Below, piece after piece: positions 8,679 through 15,743 of a DNA stretch of 32,000 nucleotides. Source of the DNA: Opitutales bacterium (GTDB lineage: Bacteria; Verrucomicrobiota; Verrucomicrobiia; Opitutales; PNEW01); contig CBDCNV010000002.1 of assembly GCA_965219535.1 (NCBI GenBank), positions 2,280,242 to 2,312,241 of the forward strand, given 5' to 3'. Below the pieces are notes generated by a model. The model ran no database searches. It saw only the letters and a program-made list of their open reading frames with translations, and had not been told where the DNA came from. Positions within the stretch are counted from its first letter, which is position 1. Each line of letters begins with the position of its first letter. Made by a program: the position numbers and the translations under genes.

Positions 8679-9245
8679 ATGAAAATCGTGTTAATCGGGG
8701 ACTCGATACGGATAGGGTATCAACCACTGGTGATGAAGAAGTGTAAGAAAGCTGAGGTATGGGGGCCTACGGAGAATTGTCGACATAGCCTCTGGGTCCT
8801 CGATCATTTTCAGGAATGGGTTGCCGACGAGGATCCGGATGTGATTCATGTTAACTTTGGCATACACGATTGCATCCCAATGGCTGACGGGGACCACCAG
8901 ATTCTGCTTCCTCAGTACCGGCTCTCCCTCAAACGGGTAATTGAAAAAGTCAAAGAGCTTGAGAAGACACAGATGATCTGGGCCACCACCACGCCGCTAT
9001 ACACTTCCGAGCAGAATAAACCGATGAACGAGTGGCAGATCAGGGGTAATGCCAAGCTTAAGGAATACAACGATGCCGCGCTCGAGATCGTACAGGCTGA
9101 AGGTATACCGGTGAACGATCTACACGAGGTCATTATGAGTAATGACTACACCAAGTGCCTCATTGAGGACGGATGCCATATGACCGAATTAGGAAACGTG
9201 GTTTTGTCGGATGCCGTGGTCAAAGCGACTGAGGCGTTGCTGTAG
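8679..9245 (+). CDS. SGNH/GDSL-type hydrolase
   Basis: Block I in KIVLIGDSI and block V in DGCH. AAGGAG lies 5 nt upstream of the ATG at 8679, which is preferred over the ATG at 8658. Confidence 0.75.
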   Translation: MKIVLIGDSIRIGYQPLVMKKCKKAEVWGPTENCRHSLWVLDHFQEWVADEDPDVIHVNFGIHDCIPMADGDHQILLPQYRLSLKRVIEKVKELEKTQMIWATTTPLYTSEQNKPMNEWQIRGNAKLKEYNDAALEIVQAEGIPVNDLHEVIMSNDYTKCLIEDGCHMTELGNVVLSDAVVKATEALL

Positions 9246-9284
9246 GTGACACAAACGATACCTCCGACGAATTCATAAATAGTA

Positions 9285-9806
9285 ATGTTCAAGAATAACG
9301 GTATTCACGTTGACTATCGAAAATGGCCGGACACGACGCATTGGCAGTTTACAGTCTATCCACTGGGCAACGACACCTATGGTCGCTGGTTTTATATTCC
9401 TGAGGGAGCTTCACTTCAGCGAGGAACAGAACCATCCGTGATCAATACTCGCACCTTTGCGATGCTTATCGGAGATGACATTTGGTGGGCGGCATTCTGG
9501 AACACCGACAAGACAAAGGCACACGAGTTGTACATCGATGTCATAACACCGGTAATCTGGAACGGGAATAAAGTTATGATGATCGATTTAGATCTGGATG
9601 TTGTACGCACATGGGAAGGAAAAGTCGAAATCATCGACCGTGATGAATTTGAGGATCACCAGAAGCTATTGAATTATCCCAGAGAAGTCATAGATACAGC
9701 AGAACGAACCGCAGATGCATTGGCAGAATCTGTTGCGAGTGGGCAGGAGCCATTTGGCACCACGGGTGCTGCGTGGCGAGACGAAGCGATCTCAAGAAAT
9801 CCCTAA
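9285..9806 (+). CDS. DUF402 family protein (FomD/Ntdp-like nucleoside di/triphosphatase fold)
   Basis: YIDVITP...MIDLDLDVV...IIDRDEFEDHQKLLNYPREVID matches the acidic DUF402 core as remembered from YgaC/Ntdp. Confidence 0.7.
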   Translation: MFKNNGIHVDYRKWPDTTHWQFTVYPLGNDTYGRWFYIPEGASLQRGTEPSVINTRTFAMLIGDDIWWAAFWNTDKTKAHELYIDVITPVIWNGNKVMMIDLDLDVVRTWEGKVEIIDRDEFEDHQKLLNYPREVIDTAERTADALAESVASGQEPFGTTGAAWRDEAISRNP

Positions 9807-9860
9807 TGTCTATAGGTGCGGCGAGGCTTAACCTTGTGAAGGTGGCATTTACTCGCTCGG

Positions 9861-11297
9861 CTAAAATGTCTGTTCTAGGTAATTGTCTACGAAGGGATCA
9901 GCAGTAGTTGTCATATGACTCTTCATCGCATCTTGAAGCCGAGACTGTTCTGTCGCAGCTTCAGATTTGTCGATCAGATTATTTATTTCATACGGATCTT
10001 CACTCAGATCGAAGAGCTCATCCAGATCACCATTGTTCCACACATATTTCCATCGGTTATCAGTCACCAAACGCCATTCCACGGTATGGTGAAAACTCCC
10101 CAAGGGTTTATGCTCGCTGTAGACATACCGGTCTTGAAAGGGATCGACATCGCCAGTTGCGAGAAGCGATGAGAGATCCTCTCCCTCTAATTCCTCAGGA
10201 ACATCAGCGCCACCCTGTGACATTAAGGTGGGCATAACATCAAGCAGTGACACGGTCGCATCGGATACAACATTTTGCGAAAGCCACGGCGCGCTGAAGA
10301 TCAACGGCACTCGCAGATTCTCTTCATAAGGTTCATACTTTTGAAACAGACCGTGAGCGCCCAACATTTCACCGTGGTCACTGCAGTAGATGACCAGGGC
10401 ATCCTCAGTAAGACCTTCATCGTCTAAAGCTTTCAGGATTCGCCCGGTCTGATGATCGATGTGCGTGCAGAACCCCCAATACGCAGCGAAGGCCTTTTTC
10501 CACGGTTCCCAGTCGGTTCCGAAATCCCGGCAGATCTGCCGGTAGTAGTTGTTAGGATTACATGCCCGCTCCCGCTCATTCGGCAAGAAGTTTGGAGGGA
10601 CGGGTATAGCCGTGGGATCGTACATGCTGAAGTAGGGCTCGGGTACTTTGAATGGCGGGTGCGGTCCGATAAACCCGCAGGTGAGAAAGAAAGGTCGATC
10701 TTCGGGTCGGTTTTTCAAATGCTGAATGGTAACGTCGGTGATCCAGGCATCCATCGTTTCTTCCGGCGGAAGGTCCTCCACGACCGGTGTTGGGATAGAC
10801 ATTCGGGGTTGTGTCTTCGTTACAACTCGCTCATCTGACATAAAAGCCCAGGTCTCTATACTTTTCGGCCAACTACTAATGGAGTTTGCCTCGTAACGAT
10901 CAAAAGTGTCGGGAAGAATATCGTCATTCAGATGCCACTTGCCAACGTAATGCAGAAAGTAGCCCTGGGACCGGAGAGGTTCGGTGAAGGGCATGGGGTC
11001 CATCGGGTCGCCGCCATTCATCGTCATAGTGGGGACATCTTCCGTGTCATACATGGACCCCGGATTTTTCGCCCTTTCTGCCGCCAGGTCTTTCCACTTT
11101 GCGCGAACCTGATGGGGATGCCTACCGGTGAAAATCCCGCATCGAGCGGGGGCACAGCGAGTGAACGAGACACCGGTTGCGGCCAAGCGATCCAGGTTCG
11201 GTGTTTTGCACGGTGTGCGGTTCAGGTGACCCAGGGTGTCTACGCGCTGCTGGTCAGAAATGATAAAGAGTATATTGGGCCGACTGTTATGTTTCAT
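9861..11297 (-). CDS. Cys-type sulfatase without signal peptide
   Basis: RPNILFIISDQQRVD starts at residue 6. C-x-P-x-R is present in FTRCAPARCGIFTGR. GKWHL and YCSDHGE blocks are present. Confidence 0.85.
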   Translation of the reverse strand: MKHNSRPNILFIISDQQRVDTLGHLNRTPCKTPNLDRLAATGVSFTRCAPARCGIFTGRHPHQVRAKWKDLAAERAKNPGSMYDTEDVPTMTMNGGDPMDPMPFTEPLRSQGYFLHYVGKWHLNDDILPDTFDRYEANSISSWPKSIETWAFMSDERVVTKTQPRMSIPTPVVEDLPPEETMDAWITDVTIQHLKNRPEDRPFFLTCGFIGPHPPFKVPEPYFSMYDPTAIPVPPNFLPNERERACNPNNYYRQICRDFGTDWEPWKKAFAAYWGFCTHIDHQTGRILKALDDEGLTEDALVIYCSDHGEMLGAHGLFQKYEPYEENLRVPLIFSAPWLSQNVVSDATVSLLDVMPTLMSQGGADVPEELEGEDLSSLLATGDVDPFQDRYVYSEHKPLGSFHHTVEWRLVTDNRWKYVWNNGDLDELFDLSEDPYEINNLIDKSEAATEQSRLQDAMKSHMTTTADPFVDNYLEQTF

Positions 11298-11451
11298 GTG
11301 TATTCTTTACTACGATTGATTAACATATAGGTTTTCAGTAGGGGCGGACATGCACCTGTCACTGCCAACCTGAAATAGTGTTTTCAAAGATTGGAACGAT
11401 CCATCGGTGAAGATTAGAAGACAAGAGAAATCAGTGAGCCCGTTTATGTGT

Positions 11452-11650
11452 CTATCAGTTGTGAACCTTGATAACAATTTACCCAATTCGTGAATTATTC
11501 AGGACTTAAGAATTACATTGTATGAGTAAACAAATCGAAATCGGGATCGAATCTATAGAACCAATAAGATCGATTGCGATAGCGATTTGGATGAAATAAA
11601 ATTACAACCGGAAGGTGGAGGCAACGCCTGACGGCGAGATTAAGATAATT
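11452..11650 (+). repeat. Gene-less copy C of the cassette, including its promoter-like box
   Basis: CTATCAGTTGTGAACCTTGATAAC...TTAAGAATTACATTGTATGAGTAAACAAATCGAAATCGGGATCGAATCTATAGAACCAATAAGATCGATTGCGATAGCGATTTGGATGAAATAAAATTACAACCGGAAGGTGGAGGCAACGCCTGACGG. Confidence 0.8.
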
Positions 11651-11674
11651 AAAAGAGGTCACCCTCTTTTTTTT
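11651..11674 (+). terminator. Rho-independent-terminator-like hairpin closing copy C
   Basis: AAAAGAGG-TCAC-CCTCTTTT is a perfect 8-bp stem with a 4-nt loop, running into a T tract that ends at 11674. The stem is AU-rich, so its strength is uncertain. Confidence 0.45.
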
Positions 11675-11675
11675 G

Positions 11676-11741
11676 CTATCAGTTGTGAATCTTGACAACA
11701 TTTTATTCCGACTAAAAATGCAGAACTTTAGAATCACTTGT
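11676..11741 (+). promoter_or_regulatory. Promoter-like box directly upstream of the 11748 gene
   Basis: CTATCAGTTGTGAATCTTGACAAC...CAGAACTTTAGAATCACTTGT. TAGAAT sits at 11729-11734 and the ATG is 13 nt later, implying a very short leader. Confidence 0.5.
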
Positions 11742-11747
11742 TGGGCC

Positions 11748-12275
11748 ATGAACAGATACCTATACAAAGTATCCCAGCCACGCTCAGATCTGGTGTTCCA
11801 TCCAAGCACTTTCTGGCACACTTTAGATTGGGAGAGCAGTACTACTCGTTACCGCGATGACTACATTGAGGACAAGGTCCTGTATGTTGGCGATTTTGAC
11901 GAGGTGAATATCCATCTCTTTCCACGCGAGAGGACAGTAAGGGTACGTGCAATTGATGCGAACCATTCGACTCTTGAAGGCTGTGGAATATTGTGCTTAC
12001 CTGGCAAAACGGCATACATATTCTGTGCCACCTCAGGTAAGAATGAAGTGGAATCATTTAGACCAACGATTTTTAAATTCACTTCAGATGGTTTTACAAG
12101 AGTTCGAAAAGGCGAATACGTTTCTCGGGTGCCTCAAAAAGCTATAGGCTCGGAAACGATGTCCATTGCCGAAGCAGTAAATAAATGGAATATTCAGGTT
12201 TGCTATGTTGCGGATCTCAATGCCTTGATTGCCATCCTGACTCGAGAGAAAATATATTTTGATGAACAAACCTAA
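11748..12275 (+). CDS. Hypothetical protein (175 aa)
   Basis: The ATG at 11748 follows the promoter-like box. The ORF is non-repetitive and overlaps the next ORF by 14 nt. I cannot name a family with confidence. Confidence 0.5.
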   Translation: MNRYLYKVSQPRSDLVFHPSTFWHTLDWESSTTRYRDDYIEDKVLYVGDFDEVNIHLFPRERTVRVRAIDANHSTLEGCGILCLPGKTAYIFCATSGKNEVESFRPTIFKFTSDGFTRVRKGEYVSRVPQKAIGSETMSIAEAVNKWNIQVCYVADLNALIAILTREKIYFDEQT

Positions 12276-12978
12276 GCCTAATAAGACGGAATATATTGAA
12301 ATGTTCGAGGATGGTCCCGGGGGATGGTATGCATGGATCAGTAACTTTGAGGGTCCCAAACCGCTCGCATACGAGAAGAGCATTGTCACAACTCGTAGCC
12401 CCTGGTGGATTGACTATAACCACGCACCCCCAGGAGCAGGTTATATGCACATGCTGGCTTGTTTGTCCACCTACGGTCCGGAAACAGAAGTGATTAAAGA
12501 AGCTGGTGGGCCCAGTCGCTTTATCGCGGGCGGCTATCCAACGGATTTTACGAATGCGAAAATGACCGTGCGCCTCAAAGGAGAATTACTGAAGCGCAAT
12601 GCAGAACTTGTAGTGTTGGTGCAAGGAGGGGTTGAGGGCATTTGCAGTGGCTGGCTTTTGACCGGCCAAGTCCTTCAGATGTCCGAGCAGTGGACCGAGC
12701 AGACGGTGACCTTAGCGCCTGACCCGTCGCAATGGACTGCCCTGGGATCTCGTCATGACCGCACTGACTCTTACGGTGTCAAACCGTTGGACAAGGTTCT
12801 GCGTAATGTCGACATTAATATTATGTTGGTGATGTTTCCCTTGAATGTCGTTCCAATGGGATCCGTAGGTGGCGACCCCCATGTTCTTCGCGCGGGTCAT
12901 GACTACCCAGTGTGGCGGTCGAAACTTCCAGAGGGCTACATCATTCTGGACGAAGTCCGCATCCAGTTTGCAGGTTAA
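12262..12978 (+). CDS. Hypothetical protein (238 aa)
   Basis: The ATG at 12262 overlaps the upstream stop at 12273-12275. The sequence is globular-looking (SPWWIDYNHAPPGAGYMHML, LGSRHDRTDSYG). No family recognised. Confidence 0.55.
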   Translation: MNKPKPNKTEYIEMFEDGPGGWYAWISNFEGPKPLAYEKSIVTTRSPWWIDYNHAPPGAGYMHMLACLSTYGPETEVIKEAGGPSRFIAGGYPTDFTNAKMTVRLKGELLKRNAELVVLVQGGVEGICSGWLLTGQVLQMSEQWTEQTVTLAPDPSQWTALGSRHDRTDSYGVKPLDKVLRNVDINIMLVMFPLNVVPMGSVGGDPHVLRAGHDYPVWRSKLPEGYIILDEVRIQFAG

Positions 12979-13037
12979 TCGACTCCAGGTGACGGCTAGC
13001 CCAGGATGCACTTATTAATGAGCCAAATACAATCAGA

Positions 13038-13490
13038 ATGAAAGCAAAAACAATTCGCGTAATTTCAATATGTATATTCAAACACAATCAAAATATATTG
13101 GTCTTTGAAGGTTTTGATTCTGTAAAAAAGACAATGTTTTATCGCCCCCTTGGTGGAGGTGTAGAACCCGGTGAAACAACTGAGAAAACTATAAAACGTG
13201 AAATCAGAGAAGAGTTAAGTTTAGAAATGACAGACCTCAATCTGTTAGGGGTGGTAGAGAATATTTTCACATGCGAAGGTGAACAAGGGCATGAAATTGT
13301 GTTTGTCTACGATGGTCGATTCGTCGATAAAACAGTATATGATCTTCCAGGGTTGAAGGTACATGAAGATAATGGGGAAGTGTTAAGAGCAGAATGGCGT
13401 AGTCTTGATTCATTTGATGAAAATCACCGTTTAGTACCAGAGAAAATAGAGAAATTATTACAGGAAACAGGATCTGATGGAACTACTTGA
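13038..13490 (+). CDS. NUDIX hydrolase
   Basis: Nudix box GGGVEPGETTEKTIKREIREELSL (G-x5-E-x7-REUxEExGU). Confidence 0.85.
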   Translation: MKAKTIRVISICIFKHNQNILVFEGFDSVKKTMFYRPLGGGVEPGETTEKTIKREIREELSLEMTDLNLLGVVENIFTCEGEQGHEIVFVYDGRFVDKTVYDLPGLKVHEDNGEVLRAEWRSLDSFDENHRLVPEKIEKLLQETGSDGTT

Positions 13491-13514
13491 ATGCTCACTA
13501 CAAGATAGCTAGAA

Positions 13515-13597
13515 GGGGTCAGGCGGTGTATTTATCAGATGTCAACTTTGATAGTATTTTACTCCTAATCAATATGCTGAACCCTAGAATCACTTGT
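13515..13597 (+). promoter_or_regulatory. Promoter-like box upstream of the GNAT gene
   Basis: GGGGTCAGGCGGTGTATTTATCAGATGTCAACTTTGATAG...CTGAACCCTAGAATCACTTGT. TAGAAT sits at 13585-13590. Confidence 0.5.
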
Positions 13598-13608
13598 TAT
13601 GCTACGGT

Positions 13609-14025
13609 ATGAAAATGATGATCCGTAAATTTCAAAAAGAAGATAGAGATGCCTTAATTCAATTGTGGAAAACGGTCTTCCCTGATGATCCTCCTCACAA
13701 TGATCCCTCAGTTGTTATCGATGCAAAGCTTGCTGTAGATGATCTTATATTTATCGCAGTAGATGATGGAAAAATAGTTGGTGCTTGCATGGCTGGATAT
13801 GATGGGCACCGCGGTTGGTTGTATGCAGTAGCTGTCTTAAAGGAATATCGACGGAGTGGTGTCGGAGCAGAACTCGTTAAACATGCCATGCATTCGCTAC
13901 AGAAAATCGGCTGTATCAAAGTAAATTTACAATTACGCTCGACGAATAAAGAAGTTGAGGCGTTTTATAAATCTTTGGGATTCGCCACAGAGGAACGGAT
14001 TAGTATGGGAGCATTTATTGAATAA
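13609..14025 (+). CDS. ypeA: GNAT family N-acetyltransferase, YpeA-like
   Basis: GYDGHRGWLYAVAV and YRRSGVGAELV (acetyl-CoA loop). Length and order match E. coli YpeA as remembered. The ATG at 13609 is preferred over the TTG at 13594. Confidence 0.8.
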   Translation: MKMMIRKFQKEDRDALIQLWKTVFPDDPPHNDPSVVIDAKLAVDDLIFIAVDDGKIVGACMAGYDGHRGWLYAVAVLKEYRRSGVGAELVKHAMHSLQKIGCIKVNLQLRSTNKEVEAFYKSLGFATEERISMGAFIE

Positions 14026-14067
14026 AATATATAAGAACTGTATGCAGTTTAATAGAGGGAAAATCAT

Positions 14068-14499
14068 TTGCGAATAAGTCTTGCAGTTATCTTAGGTGCG
14101 GTTGTCGGCACCATTATCTTTTTTATAGTCGGGGTTATTTCCAATGCCATCAATCCGACTCCACCTGAGTTGATGGATCCGGTAACCCCAGAAGCTGTAG
14201 CGCAGCGGGTGGCATCCGTCTCTACAAGTACTTGGCTCACGACACTATTTGGACTCGCTTTGGGTGCATTTTCAGGGGGTGTCATCGGTGCCAAAGTTGC
14301 CAAGAAAAAAATAATCTGGGTAACTAGCGCGATCGGTTTGGTGCATTCCCTTTGGGCTTTTTATACTTTCTATATCGTTTTTCCCGCAGTCCTTTGGGTT
14401 CCAATTGGAATGCTGATCTCAACCTTTCTTTTCTCCTATCTTGGAGGGGTTGTCGTAATGCAATCCAAACAAAAAAATAGCGGCCCCACTAATAGTTAG
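14068..14499 (+). CDS. Small integral membrane protein (about four hydrophobic spans)
   Basis: TTG start with GAGGG 7-8 nt upstream. The first ATG lies after the first hydrophobic span. Hydrophobic segments: VILGAVVGTIIFFIVGV, LTTLFGLALGAFSGGVIG, ... Confidence 0.55.
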   Translation: MRISLAVILGAVVGTIIFFIVGVISNAINPTPPELMDPVTPEAVAQRVASVSTSTWLTTLFGLALGAFSGGVIGAKVAKKKIIWVTSAIGLVHSLWAFYTFYIVFPAVLWVPIGMLISTFLFSYLGGVVVMQSKQKNSGPTNS

Positions 14500-14702
14500 A
14501 AGGGATCAGCCTCTTTTATTGCTTTTAGTAAAACAATCCAAATCGGTATCGTAATCGGAATCGAATCTACAGAACCAATAAGATCGATCCCGATCCCGAT
14601 TTCGATCCCGATAGCGATGAAACAAAATTTCAAACAGACCGTGGAGGCAGCGCCTAACGGGGTGCTTCACATTTAGCATTAATAGGCGAGCATACTTTAA
14701 AG
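14500..14702 (+). repeat. Gene-less copy D of the cassette (both arms, tail, TTAGCATTAATAGG block)
   Basis: GATCAGCCTCTTTTATTGC, then TAAAACAATCCAAATCGGTATCGTAATCGGAATCGAATCTACAGAACCAATAAGATCGATCCCGATCCCGATTTCGATCCCGATAGCGATGAAAC...GTGGAGGCAGCGCCTAACGG. Confidence 0.85.
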
Positions 14703-14711
14703 TGGTCTAAA

Positions 14712-14857
14712 AAGGGGTCAAACGTAGAATTTAAATGTTATAATTCGATTAACGTTTACTTATCCATTTTTTCTCTCTCCTGCATTCGTTAAGCATTTTA
14801 AACATGACTGCTTCATCTACTGGTCGATCTATATTTAAATTCTACGTTTGACTCCTT
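14712..14857. mobile_element. MITE-like 146-bp element with 25-bp terminal inverted repeats
   Basis: GTCAAACGTAGAATTTAAAT (14717-14736) is the perfect reverse complement of 14833-14852. The match extends to 24 of 25 over 14712-14736 versus 14833-14857. The 96-nt AT-rich interior has no ORF. It lies between cassette copies D and E. Confidence 0.55.
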
Positions 14858-14868
14858 CCTTCTCAACT

Positions 14869-15044
14869 CAATCTACAGAACCAATAAGATCGATCCCGAT
14901 AGCGATATCGATCCCGATTTCGATCATGATAGCGATGAAACAATATTTCAACCAGACAGTGGAGGTAGCGCCTAACGGCGTGCCTTACATTTAGCATTAA
15001 TAGGTTAGCATACTTAAGAGTGATCAGCCTCTTTTTTGCTTTTT
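14869..15044 (+). repeat. Copy E of the cassette (right half only)
   Basis: Starts at CAATCTACAGAACCAATAAGATCGATCCCGATAGCGAT..., so the left arm is absent. Ends with GTGGAGGTAGCGCCTAACGG...TTAGCATTAATAGG...GATCAGCCTCTTTTTTGC. Confidence 0.85.
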
Positions 15045-15154
15045 GGTGTTAACCTTGAATACATTATCCCGATACGAGAGTTATTCAGAACTTTAGAATT
15101 ACTTGTCGTAAGTAAAACAATCCAAATCGGGATCGTAATCAGAATCGAAGTAAG
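15045..15154 (+). promoter_or_regulatory. Promoter-like box plus left hexamer arm forming the 5' region of the four-helix-bundle gene (copy F)
   Basis: GGTGTTAACCTTGAATAC...CAGAACTTTAGAATTACTTGTCGTAAGTAAAACAATCCAAATCGGGATCGTAATCAGAATCGAAGTAAG, then ATG. TAGAAT sits at 15094-15099. Confidence 0.55.
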
Positions 15155-15559
15155 ATGACGTTGGGACACGAGAAACTGGACGTTTACTGTCTTTCCATCG
15201 ACTATGTCGCTTGGGTTTATGATGTGTCGGAAAGGCTGCATGGCGTTCATCGTCACGCCCGCGACCAGTGGCTACGGGCAAGCCAGTCGATACCTCTGAA
15301 CATTGCGGAAGGTAATGGAAAAACATCTGAACCGGACCGAAGAAGGTATTTTGAGATCGCGCGGGGCTCTGCTTTGGAGTGTGCCGCGATTCAGGATGTT
15401 CTGGTTGTCGGAAAGGCCTTGGAAAAGAAGACGAGCGAGGGGCGAAAGAGCGAGTTGGACCGGATGGCCGCGATGCTAAGTCGACTGGGCGGACGGGGCT
15501 ATTCTGTTGAAGAAGAGCGTGCAATCTACAGAACCAATGAGATCGATAGCGGTACGTGA
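15155..15559 (+). CDS. Four-helix-bundle protein (23S rRNA intervening-sequence protein family, PF05635-like; Avd-related)
   Basis: HEKLDVY, SIPLNIAEGNGK and YFEIARGSALE are the family hallmarks as remembered. 134 aa. It is the only copy of the cassette that retains the ORF. Confidence 0.85.
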   Translation: MTLGHEKLDVYCLSIDYVAWVYDVSERLHGVHRHARDQWLRASQSIPLNIAEGNGKTSEPDRRRYFEIARGSALECAAIQDVLVVGKALEKKTSEGRKSELDRMAAMLSRLGGRGYSVEEERAIYRTNEIDSGT

Positions 15560-15716
15560 ATTACTTGTTGTAAGTAAAACAATCCAAATCGAAATCGGTA
15601 TCGTAATCGGAATCGAATCTTCAGAACAAATAATATCGATCCCGATAGCGATTTCGATCCCGATGATATGAAATATCAATCAGACCGTGGAGGTCAGCCT
15701 CTTTTTTTTTTGCTTT
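15560..15716 (+). repeat. Gene-less copy G of the cassette
   Basis: ATTACTTGTTGTAAGTAAAACAATCCAAATCGAAATCGGTATCGTAATCGGAATCGAATCTTCAGAACAAATAATATCGATCCCGATAGCGATTTCGATCCCGATGATATG...GACCGTGGAGGTCAGCCTC followed by T10. Confidence 0.85.
15689..15711 (+). terminator. Weak hairpin plus long T-run at the end of copy G
   Basis: GGAGG-TCAG-CCTCT (5 bp including one G-U pair) followed by a run of T. It has the same GAGG-TCAN-CCTC-Tn design as 11651-11674. Confidence 0.35.
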
Positions 15717-15743
15717 TATTTTTTATCATGATAAAGAAAGAAA

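Noticed and set aside
11686-11734. TTGACA (11689-11694) plus TAGAAT (11729-11734) as a standard sigma70 -35/-10 pair.
   Set aside because: The hexamers are 31-33 nt apart in every copy I counted, far from the 16-18 nt optimum. The box is reported only as promoter-like, with unresolved recognition.
15155-15559. A diversity-generating retroelement, since the four-helix-bundle protein is Avd-like.
   Set aside because: There is no reverse transcriptase ORF anywhere in the window. There is also no template/variable repeat pair differing at adenines. The repeats present are whole-cassette copies.
14529-15660. Possible CRISPR array, because of the many short regularly spaced repeats.
   Set aside because: The period is only 6 nt, there are no spacers of 25-40 nt, the repeats are imperfect, and no cas genes are present. 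This is a microsatellite-like arm of the cassette, not a CRISPR.
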